This document shows positions 19,146-28,310 of a DNA stretch of 64,000 nucleotides, in pieces. How positions within the stretch are numbered: position 1 is the first letter of the stretch; every line of letters starts with the position of its first letter. The position numbers and the translations under genes are program-made. The stretch is from Fibrobacter sp. GTDB taxonomy: Bacteria > Fibrobacterota > Fibrobacteria > Fibrobacterales > Fibrobacteraceae. The notes beneath the pieces were generated by a model, which saw only the letters and a list, made by a program, of their open reading frames with translations, ran no database searches and was not told the DNA's origin. The stretch lies in assembly GCA_024399035.1 (NCBI GenBank), contig JAKSID010000012.1, positions 11,125-75,124 of the forward strand, read 5' to 3'.

Positions 19146-20834
19146 TTACTTGGCAAGCAGTACTTTGTGATGCCTTGTAGAATTTTTCTTAAACTGTTTT
19201 CCGTTCAAGTCAAAAATCTGGGTTTTGTTCCTCAAGGAAATTGCGCCGGACTTTCGAACTGCAATTCCCTTTCCAATGCTTTGAGAAGTTGCAATCTGGG
19301 AAACATCGGCCATTTCGTACTTGTCCCAGCCCGGCATGTCTTCCAGGGTAATGGTGTACTCGTTGTTCATGACGGTGTTCCAGGTTTCGGCTGTATTGTC
19401 GTTTGCCCAACCGGCCATGGCGTAGTCTCCGTACCAGGGCATAAACCAGCTCCAGTTGGCTCCATCGGCTTTCATTTCGTCGGGGTAGGGTACAGAACCG
19501 TTTTCGCTCAAGGTAATGATCTTGCGTCCGCCAAAGAGATCCTTAACGGTTTCGAAACTGCCCACAAGGCTGGAATGATTTGCTTCGCGGGGATAGTAAT
19601 AGTAGTCGCGGCCAACAACGTCTACGTATTCGTCGCCGGGGTACCATTCAATGGCGTCGGCGGCTTCATCGGTTGTCCATACCCAAATCAAGTTGTGGAG
19701 GCCCTTGGTGTTAACGAACAGGTCGAACATCAGACGGTAAAGGGCCACGCAGGCTTCGGCACCATCGGTACCCCACCAGAACCATTTGCCGGCAGCTTCG
19801 TGAAGGGGGCGCCACAGCACGGCTACGCCTGCTTCTTGTAGGGTGAGGAGACTATCTGCGATCATTTCCATATCGCGGATCAGGGCCTTGTATTCGTCGG
19901 AGTCCGTCTTCCACTTTTTAGTGGTCAAGTCATAGGCTTTGGTAATGCTGAAGGTGGTAAAGGGATCGTTACCGCTACTTTCGGTGTAGAAGGCTTCCAC
20001 TTCCCACATGGGATCTTTCCAGTGCCAGTTAAACTGCGGAATGCCGCCTTGCTGCCAGACGTATTTTGCCATTTCCAAAGTGGCGTGGGTGTAGCCCTGA
20101 TGCCACATACCGTCGGAACCGCTTCCGCTGGCGTGCAAAAAGTCGAAACCTACCAGCACGACGTTCTTGCCGGAGGCGTCTGCAACGTACTTCAGTTCTG
20201 TCTGGGTGGCGTAAGTCTGAGGCGTGTACTGTCCGTCGTTCTCGAAGGGGCGTTCTGTCATGACTCCGCTGATTACGCGCTTCCCGAAATTTGCAAGCAG
20301 GAAATTGTAGAGTTTCTGGGCGCTTTCGGTAGGTTCCGGCGTCACGGGGCTTGTACTCAGGCTGAATGGGGTTGCCTCATATTCGGTAAGTTCGATGTAG
20401 TCCAGATTCACCCAGCCCCAGGACTTTACAATGCCGATGGCGTTTTCGCCGGCGGTAAGCTTAATCTTGCCTGCTCCCTTGATGGTCTTGAATTCGTCGG
20501 TCATTCCAAAGGAAATCTGGCCTGCGGAAATTCCGTTGATGGTCAGGTTCTGGATCTTGTCGGTTCCGTCCGTAGGCAGCATATAGTTTGCCCACAAGGT
20601 GTAGTAACCGGTTTCGGGTACGCTTACCTTAAATTCCAGGTTGCCTTCTTTCATGGCCACGTAAGAACCGCCAGAAGCGTTTGCACTTTCGGTAACAACC
20701 ACGCTGTGGTCATTGGCTAAAACGGCGTCTTCCGCCTCTAAACGGATCGGGGCTGCCTGGGCAGAAATTGCCAAGCCGGCGATAAGACTTGCGCCAATGC
20801 CAAAGGCAGAAACGTTTGAACTGAAGAAGGACAT
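19146..20834 (-). CDS. Secreted GH26 beta-mannanase with N-terminal CBM35
   Basis: Motifs LEAED, SWGW, WRPLHEAAGKWFWWG and LSENG. Confidence 0.9.
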   Translation of the reverse strand: MSFFSSNVSAFGIGASLIAGLAISAQAAPIRLEAEDAVLANDHSVVVTESANASGGSYVAMKEGNLEFKVSVPETGYYTLWANYMLPTDGTDKIQNLTINGISAGQISFGMTDEFKTIKGAGKIKLTAGENAIGIVKSWGWVNLDYIELTEYEATPFSLSTSPVTPEPTESAQKLYNFLLANFGKRVISGVMTERPFENDGQYTPQTYATQTELKYVADASGKNVVLVGFDFLHASGSGSDGMWHQGYTHATLEMAKYVWQQGGIPQFNWHWKDPMWEVEAFYTESSGNDPFTTFSITKAYDLTTKKWKTDSDEYKALIRDMEMIADSLLTLQEAGVAVLWRPLHEAAGKWFWWGTDGAEACVALYRLMFDLFVNTKGLHNLIWVWTTDEAADAIEWYPGDEYVDVVGRDYYYYPREANHSSLVGSFETVKDLFGGRKIITLSENGSVPYPDEMKADGANWSWFMPWYGDYAMAGWANDNTAETWNTVMNNEYTITLEDMPGWDKYEMADVSQIATSQSIGKGIAVRKSGAISLRNKTQIFDLNGKQFKKNSTRHHKVLLAK

Positions 20835-21027
20835 CCATACACTCCTGTTTTATCAAACTGAATATATATTCCTGCCGATTTTTTGAGCAAAAAGGAAGTT
20901 TTTTGGCGGTAAAAGGGTTGAAAATTTCACAACAAACGGCCCAAACCGCCCTTGTTTTCCTTGAAAACGCGCCAAAAACAAAAACACCGCGTTTGACCGC
21001 GGTGCTCTTGGTTAGTTTGAAATTTAG

Positions 21028-22956
21028 TTACTTGAGTACAACGGGCTGGGTTGCGGCGATGCCTGCGCCCTTGACGCGCACGATGTACTGGCCCTTAGGC
21101 ATGTCGCTCAAGTCGAATGCGTGAGTGCCTGCAGAGAGTGTGCCGCGGAACAGGGTTGCAATGCTGTTGCCGTTCATGCTGAATACGTCAACAGAGGTTT
21201 CGCTTGCGAATGCAGTGGAGAGCATAATGCTGTTGCCAACCACAGACATCTTTGCGGAAGGAGCTGCTGCGACTGCCTTTACTGCCTGACCGCTACCGTT
21301 GGGGTTGCCGCCCATAACGTAGTCTTCGTTGTACACGATCTTGATTTCAGGAATCATTTCTTCGGTATTTTCGTAACCGCGGCTAAAGGCGTCGTACTTG
21401 TCTTCGTTGAAGTCGAACAAGACGGTTTCGCCGGCCTTGATGTCGTCATAGACAATGGTGCCGGTGTAGCCTGCAGCGTAGTTTGCAAGCACAATTGCCA
21501 AGGTCTTGTTACGGTCGGCCAATTCAGAAATGTCGATGGAACAGGTCACCTTTTCGCCTGCAGGAACCTTGCAACTGCCTTCTGTTTCGGTCCATTTCCA
21601 GGAATCGGTTAATTTCAGAATCAGATAAAGGTCTGCTTCGTCAGAGCCATTGTTCTTGGCAGTCCAGGTGAGGGTTGTTGCGCCGGAAAGGTTCCAACCG
21701 CCCTTGTTCTGGTATTCAATCTGCGCGTTGTCGCCGCCGTAGGTCACTGCCATCTTGCCGTCGCCACTTGCGGAAGAAATGTCTACGTCCTTGATCTTGA
21801 TGGAGGCTTCTGCAGTTGCTGCAAGCTTGGTCATAGCGTCAAGTGCCGGGTCAATGGTGTAGCTGTAACCGCCGAAGTTACTTTCGGTCTTGTCGCCAAT
21901 GTACTGCCATGCCAATGCGCCTGCGTAGCCGCTTTCGTAAGCGAACTTATAGGCCTGTTCCGTAGAAATCTGGGTCTTTGCTGCCATGGAAGCGGTGTAG
22001 GTGTCGCCACTCCAGCCGCTAGCCGGGAATTCACCGATAATCATGGGCTTGGCGTCGTACTTGTACTTAACCTGCATTTCTGCAGCGGTATTTACGAAGG
22101 GAGAAACTGCATCGCCCTGATAGTAGGGATAGTAATGGGTCTGGAAGAAGTCCAGGGTACCGTTGGCTTCGCCGCCGGCTGCAATGAGGTTGGCATCGTT
22201 CCACCATTCCTGATACTGGATATTCACGCTACCGGTAGAAACCAGCAAATCCGGATTTGTGGTATGGATGGCTGCGGCCACCTTGTTGGTGAACTTCTGG
22301 AGGGTTTCCTTTTCCAACTTCTTGGCGGTCCAACCTACGCTGGTCATACCTTCCGGTTCGTTGAAAACTTCCCAAGTCATAAGGGCGTTATGATCGCCAA
22401 TACCCTTGATCACAGGAATCAGCACGTTGTCAATAAAGGCCTTGGTGCCGTCGTCTGTAAAGAGCTTGGAGTTTGCTTCCAAATCCATGCAACCGTCCTG
22501 GGTGCAACCATCAACCTTCGGGTAGATGCCCCACTGGTTCACTTCCATCAGGTTGTGGCTGAACAAGCACATGGAGACCATCACACCGTATTCTTCGGCG
22601 ATGTCCAAAGCCTTCTTCATGTTGGAAATAGTGCTTGCCTTAAGGCCAGAAACCAGGTGGGTGGTTTCGTCAATTGCGGGGCTCTGGCTCATGTTGTTAA
22701 AGAGCCACCAGCGGATTGCGTTACCGCCTGCGGCACGGGTGCCTTCCACAGCCTTGCGCCATGCATTTTCGTCCAGGGGGCTATCGCCAACGTCGGAATT
22801 GTAGTCTGCCCAGGCCAGGTTGGTGCCGCTGAAGAAAATCTTCTTGCCCTTGTACATCAAGTCTGTACCGCTGACGGTAAGACCGGGGGCTGCGAAGGCT
22901 GCTGTTGCGGAGCCGGCGAGTGCGGCGAAAATGGCTGCTTTAGCGAATTTATTCAT
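21028..22956 (-). CDS. Secreted GH5 glycoside hydrolase (probable mannanase) with extra module and basic tail
   Basis: Motifs NLAW..Y..D.G, WEVFNEPEG, QTHYY, IIGEFP and ALAWQY. Confidence 0.85.
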   Translation of the reverse strand: MNKFAKAAIFAALAGSATAAFAAPGLTVSGTDLMYKGKKIFFSGTNLAWADYNSDVGDSPLDENAWRKAVEGTRAAGGNAIRWWLFNNMSQSPAIDETTHLVSGLKASTISNMKKALDIAEEYGVMVSMCLFSHNLMEVNQWGIYPKVDGCTQDGCMDLEANSKLFTDDGTKAFIDNVLIPVIKGIGDHNALMTWEVFNEPEGMTSVGWTAKKLEKETLQKFTNKVAAAIHTTNPDLLVSTGSVNIQYQEWWNDANLIAAGGEANGTLDFFQTHYYPYYQGDAVSPFVNTAAEMQVKYKYDAKPMIIGEFPASGWSGDTYTASMAAKTQISTEQAYKFAYESGYAGALAWQYIGDKTESNFGGYSYTIDPALDAMTKLAATAEASIKIKDVDISSASGDGKMAVTYGGDNAQIEYQNKGGWNLSGATTLTWTAKNNGSDEADLYLILKLTDSWKWTETEGSCKVPAGEKVTCSIDISELADRNKTLAIVLANYAAGYTGTIVYDDIKAGETVLFDFNEDKYDAFSRGYENTEEMIPEIKIVYNEDYVMGGNPNGSGQAVKAVAAAPSAKMSVVGNSIMLSTAFASETSVDVFSMNGNSIATLFRGTLSAGTHAFDLSDMPKGQYIVRVKGAGIAATQPVVLK

Positions 22957-23157
22957 TGAAAACTCCTTAATTTTACGGCATATAATCTATATACCCTTTG
23001 GTAAAATGTTCCCCTTGAAAGTTTATCTTAAACTTTTGTGTGAAAAAAGTCATATTTCAGGGGCGTTTTGGGGCTTTTTTGACAAAAAAAACGCCGCGAT
23101 TTCTCGCGACGTTTCTCCCAAACACTAAACAAGGTTTAGCGAAATTTTATTGTAAGG

Positions 23158-23325
23158 CCTTAGCGGCGAACGGGCTGTGTGAGCAAGAAACGCCTCGTCT
23201 CTTAACGAGGCGCTGATGCGAGAGTGAGCCCTTAGCGGCGAACGGGCTGTGTGAGCAAGAAACGCCTCGTCTCTTAACGAGGCGCTGATGCGAGAGTGAG
23301 CCCTTAGCGGCGAACGGGCTGTGTG
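23158..23325. repeat. 72-bp tandem repeat: three 24-bp direct repeats separated by two identical 48-bp hairpin elements
   Basis: CCTTAGCGGCGAACGGGCTGTGTG at 23158, 23230 and 23302. The third copy is the 3' end and stop of the GH26 gene. Confidence 0.95.
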
Positions 23326-25601
23326 GCTGCGAAGCCTGCGCCCTTCACGCGGATAATGTACTGACCCTTGGCGAGGTCGCTCATGTCAAAGACGTGGGTG
23401 CCTGCAGAGAGCATGCCACGATAGAGGGTTGCAACGCGCTTGCCGGTCATGCCGAACACGTCGACGCTAACCATGCCAGACTGAGCTGCGTTCAGCAAAA
23501 TGCTGTTGCCCATAACGCTGAGCTTGGAACCAGCCATGGCCTTTGCCACGGTCTTGATGGCGGCGGGGGTGCCTGTGCCCTTGCCAGTTTCGTCAACCAG
23601 TTCAATCTTCACGATCATGGCTTCGGTTTCTTCGCTAGCGGTAAACAGCTGCTTTTCGCTATTGAAGTTGTTGATGATCTTGCCGTTGTCGGTAACCATG
23701 TTATCAAAGATCACGGTGCCGGCATAACCCGGGGTAGAAATCATGACGGTTGCGGAGAAAATCTTGTCCAGATCGGTAGCGTGGGTAACGCCGTCGTCAT
23801 CGGTGTATTCGGTAATGTCGAATTCGCAAGTCTTCTTTTGGCCACCTTCGAGCCAGCAGTCGGTGGAGTTGGACATTTCCCAGGTCCAAGCCTTGTCTGC
23901 AGAACCATCGCGAACGAAGGCGAGGCCGATCCATACGCCGTCAGCACCAGTGTTTTCTATATCCAGGGAGATGGTGGTAGAACCAGTTAGGTCGCCAATC
24001 TTGGTGTAGGCGATGTTAGCACCAGCATCTTCAGTAAGTTCCTTGACGGTAACTGCCATCTTGTAATCCTTGGCGGCACCAGAAGCCTTGTCCTTGTCTC
24101 CGTCGTACTTAGCCTGAGCCTTGGAAACGGCGCAAGTCTGAGAACCGACAGTAGCCATGGTGTAGTTATCCCAACCCGGCATTTCGTCCAAGGTGATGAT
24201 CTTGTCGCTTTCCATGTTCTTCTTCCAAACGTCGTTGCTGGTAGAATCAACATAGCCGCCATTCCAAGACTGATACCAAGGCATCCACCAGCTCCAAAGA
24301 GCGTTGTCTGCAGCCATATTGTCTACATCAGGAATCGGACCGTTTTCGGACAGGGCCAGGACCTTGTTGGTGCTGAACTTGTTCATCAAGTCGAAGAATC
24401 CAGAGCTATTGCTGGCGTGGTTACCCTTGTCGTTGTAAATGTCGATGGAGAGAACGTCGTAGTAGGATTCGCCCGGAGTCCAGTCGGTGCGAGCTGCGGT
24501 CTGGGGGTTGAAATCCCAAATCAGGTTGTTCACGCCGTTCTTGAAAACCATGCGTTCGTACATCAACTGGTAAAGGGCTGCGAACTGCTTGCCAGTGTGG
24601 GTGCTCCACCAGAACCAGCTACCACCGGATTCGTGGAGGGGACGGAAGATTGCTGCAACACCTTCTTCCTGGAGAGCGAGGAAGTGCTGAGAAACCTTGT
24701 CAATGTCACCAACCAGAGCCTTGTATTCAGTAGACAGGGTGTCCCAAGTGGTGGTTCCAGTCATGAAGGCGTTGGTGAAATCAAAATCGGTGTAGTTGGT
24801 ATTTGCGCCTGCTACGTAGAACTGGGTTTCTTCACCGGGGCGCCAGTGCCAGGTGATAGCCGGAATGCCGCCCTTCTTCCAAATGGACTTGGCAACATCC
24901 AGAGCCTTTTCGTTGTATTCTTTGAACCAGTTGCTTTCGGAATCACCGCCGGTAGCGTTCATCATATCGACGCCAACCAATGCGGGGTACTTGCCGCTTC
25001 TGGTGTATACAGCCTGGACGTCTTCGTGCTGGGTTGCATCGCCCTTGGTGTAGTTGTCCATGTTACCGGTCATGATACCGGAAATGGTATTCTTCTGGAA
25101 ATTGCTTGCAAGGAAGTTGTAAAGTTTCTTGGCACTTTCAGTTGCGTTTGCAGTGACAGGAGCGTTACAGAGAGTGAATTCACCAACGGTGAACGGTTCC
25201 ACAGAAATGTAGTCCACGTCAATCCAGCCCCAGCTCTTGCCGATGGTAATTTTGTTTGCGCCTGCCTTCAGGTTAGCAACAGAAACGATGTCGGTAAATG
25301 CCTTGCCGCTTGCGAAAGTAATTTCGGCAACCTTGACGCCGTCAATCAAGAGGTTGTTGATTTTTTCGCCGTAGGAGCCTGCGTAATGAATGGTGATGGA
25401 ATAGTTTCCGGCGCTGGGAACGGTGACGTTGAAGTCGATGTCTCCTTCTTCCATTTTCAGGTAGGCGCCGCCGGATGCGGAAGCGCTTGTCAGCTTGCTA
25501 ACGCCGGTGCCGTAAACTGCATCTTCAGCTTCGTACTTGTCTGCTGCAAAGGCGCAGGTTGCGGCCAGGCCAAATATGGCCAAATTTCTCTTGAAACTCA
25601 T
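23304..25601 (-). CDS. Secreted GH26 beta-mannanase: CBM35 + GH26 + extra module + basic tail
   Basis: Motifs YEAED, SWGW, FRPLHESGGSWFWW and ALSENG. Confidence 0.9.
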   Translation of the reverse strand: MSFKRNLAIFGLAATCAFAADKYEAEDAVYGTGVSKLTSASASGGAYLKMEEGDIDFNVTVPSAGNYSITIHYAGSYGEKINNLLIDGVKVAEITFASGKAFTDIVSVANLKAGANKITIGKSWGWIDVDYISVEPFTVGEFTLCNAPVTANATESAKKLYNFLASNFQKNTISGIMTGNMDNYTKGDATQHEDVQAVYTRSGKYPALVGVDMMNATGGDSESNWFKEYNEKALDVAKSIWKKGGIPAITWHWRPGEETQFYVAGANTNYTDFDFTNAFMTGTTTWDTLSTEYKALVGDIDKVSQHFLALQEEGVAAIFRPLHESGGSWFWWSTHTGKQFAALYQLMYERMVFKNGVNNLIWDFNPQTAARTDWTPGESYYDVLSIDIYNDKGNHASNSSGFFDLMNKFSTNKVLALSENGPIPDVDNMAADNALWSWWMPWYQSWNGGYVDSTSNDVWKKNMESDKIITLDEMPGWDNYTMATVGSQTCAVSKAQAKYDGDKDKASGAAKDYKMAVTVKELTEDAGANIAYTKIGDLTGSTTISLDIENTGADGVWIGLAFVRDGSADKAWTWEMSNSTDCWLEGGQKKTCEFDITEYTDDDGVTHATDLDKIFSATVMISTPGYAGTVIFDNMVTDNGKIINNFNSEKQLFTASEETEAMIVKIELVDETGKGTGTPAAIKTVAKAMAGSKLSVMGNSILLNAAQSGMVSVDVFGMTGKRVATLYRGMLSAGTHVFDMSDLAKGQYIIRVKGAGFAATQPVRR

Positions 25602-25813
25602 AAAACACTCCATACAAGTTGTGAATTTTCAACCTATAAACTATACTAGCCACGGTCGTGTAGAAATGTTTTTCTTATTCCACGATGTAATAACGTTGAA
25701 TAAAACTCAACAAGCTAATGGGCATGAAAATGGCGTTTTCTTTTGAAAAACGCCACTTTTTATAAAGGTGTTGAAAAATTTAGGGTCTGAAACAGGCCTA
25801 AAATGCCGCCGGA

Positions 25814-26812
25814 TTACTTCCCGTTGAACTTAAATCCGAACCTGAAAGTTCTGGATTCTCCCGGGGGAATCACGATGAGACCGCGGTGGTGGTTCAGGGC
25901 GTCCGGTTCGGAGGTCATGGGCTCGATGGCGATGCTCATGCGATCAGGGGGAGTGTAAATCTGGATAGCGTTGTACTGCTCGTTGCCGGTTTGCTGCCAG
26001 ATATCCAAGGAACCGAAATTGCCTTCCAGGGAAACGGTGGCGATTTTTTCGTCGGTCGGGGCAGCCTTTGCGAATTCGTCGCCCAGGCAGAAACAGTCGT
26101 TGATGAATTCGTCATTGATTTTGCGGCCACCAACGAAGCGGGTGTCGTCCTTGAAGTTGCCGGTGGGCAGGTCTGCGGAATCCAGCAGGGCCAAGTCGCT
26201 CTTGGGCAAGGTCATGGTCAAGTCGTTAATGGTTTCGCCCAGCATAAAGTAGGGGTGCCAACCTTCGGAATAGGGGAGAGCCTTGTTGCCCACGTTTTCA
26301 ACAGTAGCTTCTACGGTAACGGTGTCGCCAGTAAATGTTACTTTGTTTGTAGCGCGGTAGGGGAAGGGGAATCCTGTAAAAGCGCCCGGCCAGTCGCAGC
26401 TGAAAACGGCTACGGCCTTTGTGCTGTCACTTTCAAAACTTTCGAACTGCCATTCCTTATTAGTCAAGAAGCCGTGGAGGGCGTGGGGAGCCCAGCTCAC
26501 GTTATTCACCAGCTGGTATGTTTCACCGTTCCAGGTGAACTTTGCGTAGGCGGTACGGCCCGGGAAAGGGCTCAGTCTGCAACCGGCGTTGGTGTCGGGA
26601 GCGATCTGATGGATGGTGGAACCGTCGCGGTAACCGAAAAGCAGGTCCAGGAGCTTGTCTTCGTTTTCAGAAGCCTTGCTTGTGGGAACGCGCCAGGCGT
26701 TCAAGCCGCCGCCAAAGCCGCTGAGAATTTCGAATTCAGCGCCATCATCGCGCTGGATAACATAACATTGAACGGTGCCCAGGGGGCGAGAAATAAGTTT
26801 GAACTGACTCAT
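25814..26812 (-). CDS. Aldose 1-epimerase family protein
   Basis: Motifs PFPGR, HALHG, GWHPYF, QIYTP and IAIEPM. Confidence 0.88.
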   Translation of the reverse strand: MSQFKLISRPLGTVQCYVIQRDDGAEFEILSGFGGGLNAWRVPTSKASENEDKLLDLLFGYRDGSTIHQIAPDTNAGCRLSPFPGRTAYAKFTWNGETYQLVNNVSWAPHALHGFLTNKEWQFESFESDSTKAVAVFSCDWPGAFTGFPFPYRATNKVTFTGDTVTVEATVENVGNKALPYSEGWHPYFMLGETINDLTMTLPKSDLALLDSADLPTGNFKDDTRFVGGRKINDEFINDCFCLGDEFAKAAPTDEKIATVSLEGNFGSLDIWQQTGNEQYNAIQIYTPPDRMSIAIEPMTSEPDALNHHRGLIVIPPGESRTFRFGFKFNGK

Positions 26813-26912
26813 GGAATGGAATGTAGAAAAATGAGGAACAGTTAATACAATTGAATATGGAAAGTCCATATTGAGTTTGAACTATATAGACGAAATTTCT
26901 ATTTTTCAAAAC

Positions 26913-28310
26913 ATGGATAAACAGACTATTGTAGCCCCCATGACCCCAAACGGCGTTAGTGCCGTGGCCGCCATCCGTGTGAGCGGTCCTCAGGTCCGTC
27001 AGGTGGTGAAGGCCTTGTTTGGCGAAAAGGCTGTGGCTGGGCTTAAGTCTCACATGGCAAAACTGGGTACGGCCAAGTGGCCTTACGATGTGCCGGGTGC
27101 CTTTGCTAATGGGTGCCGCGCCGGGGCTGTAATCGATAGTCTGCTCTACTTGTTTTTTGAAGGTCCCAATTCCTACACCGGCGAAGACGTTCTGGAACTT
27201 TACCCTCATGGAAATCCGCTCATTGTTCGGGACTTGCTCCAGGCTTGCCGAATGGTGGAGGGCGTGCGTCTTGCGGAACCTGGGGAATATACCCGCCGAG
27301 CTTTTTTGAACGGAAAGATGGACTTGACCCAGGCGGAATCTGTGGCGGACGTGATCCACAGTGCCAATCGTTCTGAACTGGAAAACGCTCATCGTTTGCT
27401 GGGTGGCGCTCTTTCCAAGAAGGTTGCTGCTTTGACTGCCCAGGTGAAGGATATTTCTGCACGCATGGAACTGGATGTGGATTTTGCCGAAGAAGAAGCG
27501 GATCCGGATTACGCCGGTTGGGAAACTCGCTTTGTTGCAATCCGTGAATCGGTTCAGGGAATTCTTGATAGTTTCCGCGGCAAGGCCGAAGTGGGCCGCT
27601 TGCCTCTGGTGGTTTTGTACGGTGCGCCCAACGCTGGTAAGTCCAGCCTGGTGAATGCCCTGTTGGGCGAAGACCGAATTCTCGTTAGCGATATTGCAGG
27701 CACCACCCGCGACTTTGTTGAAGTTCGTCTGTTCCTGGACGGTGGAGAAATCCGTCTGGTGGATACGGCGGGCCTTGCGGAAAAGGCTGCCGACGCTCTG
27801 GACGCCTTGAGCATGGAAAAAAGCCGCCAGATCCTGGCTGAAGCAGATATGAAAATCCTGCTGGTGGACAGTAGCAATGAACAATTAACGATTAACAATG
27901 AACAATTGTTGATGAACGGAACTGCTCCGGATCTTATCCTTCATACCAAAGCAGACTTGGCTGCTTGTCATTGCGAGCGAAGCGAAGCAATCTCCAACTG
28001 CAGTCTTGCCATTTCCTCCAAAACAGGAACCGGTCTTGCAGAACTTAAATCCGCTCTTAACTCCCGCCTTTTCAAGAATCGCGAAAATTCCGAAGACCTC
28101 TGGATCACAAGCGAACGCGAAAAGGCCTGCCTCGAGGAAGCTCTGGCTGGCATCGACCGCGTTCTTGCGCAGCTGCGCTCCAATCCCGCAGTAGAACTGC
28201 TGGCCTTTGAAATGCAAGTCGTTCGCCGCGCCCTCCAGAGCATCACCGGCGAAATCTCATCTGAAGACGTTTTACAATCCATCTTTGCGGGGTTCTGCAT
28301 TGGGAAATAG
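26913..28310 (+). CDS. mnmE: tRNA modification GTPase MnmE/TrmE
   Basis: Motifs SYTGED, GEYTRRAFLNGK, GAPNAGKSS, GTTRD and DTAG, with C-terminal FCIGK. Confidence 0.95.
   Translation: MDKQTIVAPMTPNGVSAVAAIRVSGPQVRQVVKALFGEKAVAGLKSHMAKLGTAKWPYDVPGAFANGCRAGAVIDSLLYLFFEGPNSYTGEDVLELYPHGNPLIVRDLLQACRMVEGVRLAEPGEYTRRAFLNGKMDLTQAESVADVIHSANRSELENAHRLLGGALSKKVAALTAQVKDISARMELDVDFAEEEADPDYAGWETRFVAIRESVQGILDSFRGKAEVGRLPLVVLYGAPNAGKSSLVNALLGEDRILVSDIAGTTRDFVEVRLFLDGGEIRLVDTAGLAEKAADALDALSMEKSRQILAEADMKILLVDSSNEQLTINNEQLLMNGTAPDLILHTKADLAACHCERSEAISNCSLAISSKTGTGLAELKSALNSRLFKNRENSEDLWITSEREKACLEEALAGIDRVLAQLRSNPAVELLAFEMQVVRRALQSITGEISSEDVLQSIFAGFCIGK

Noticed and set aside
23158-23325. CRISPR array (24-bp repeats with 48-bp spacers)
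   Set aside because: The spacers are identical, the repeat is the coding 3' end of a GH26 gene and is not palindromic, and no cas genes are present.
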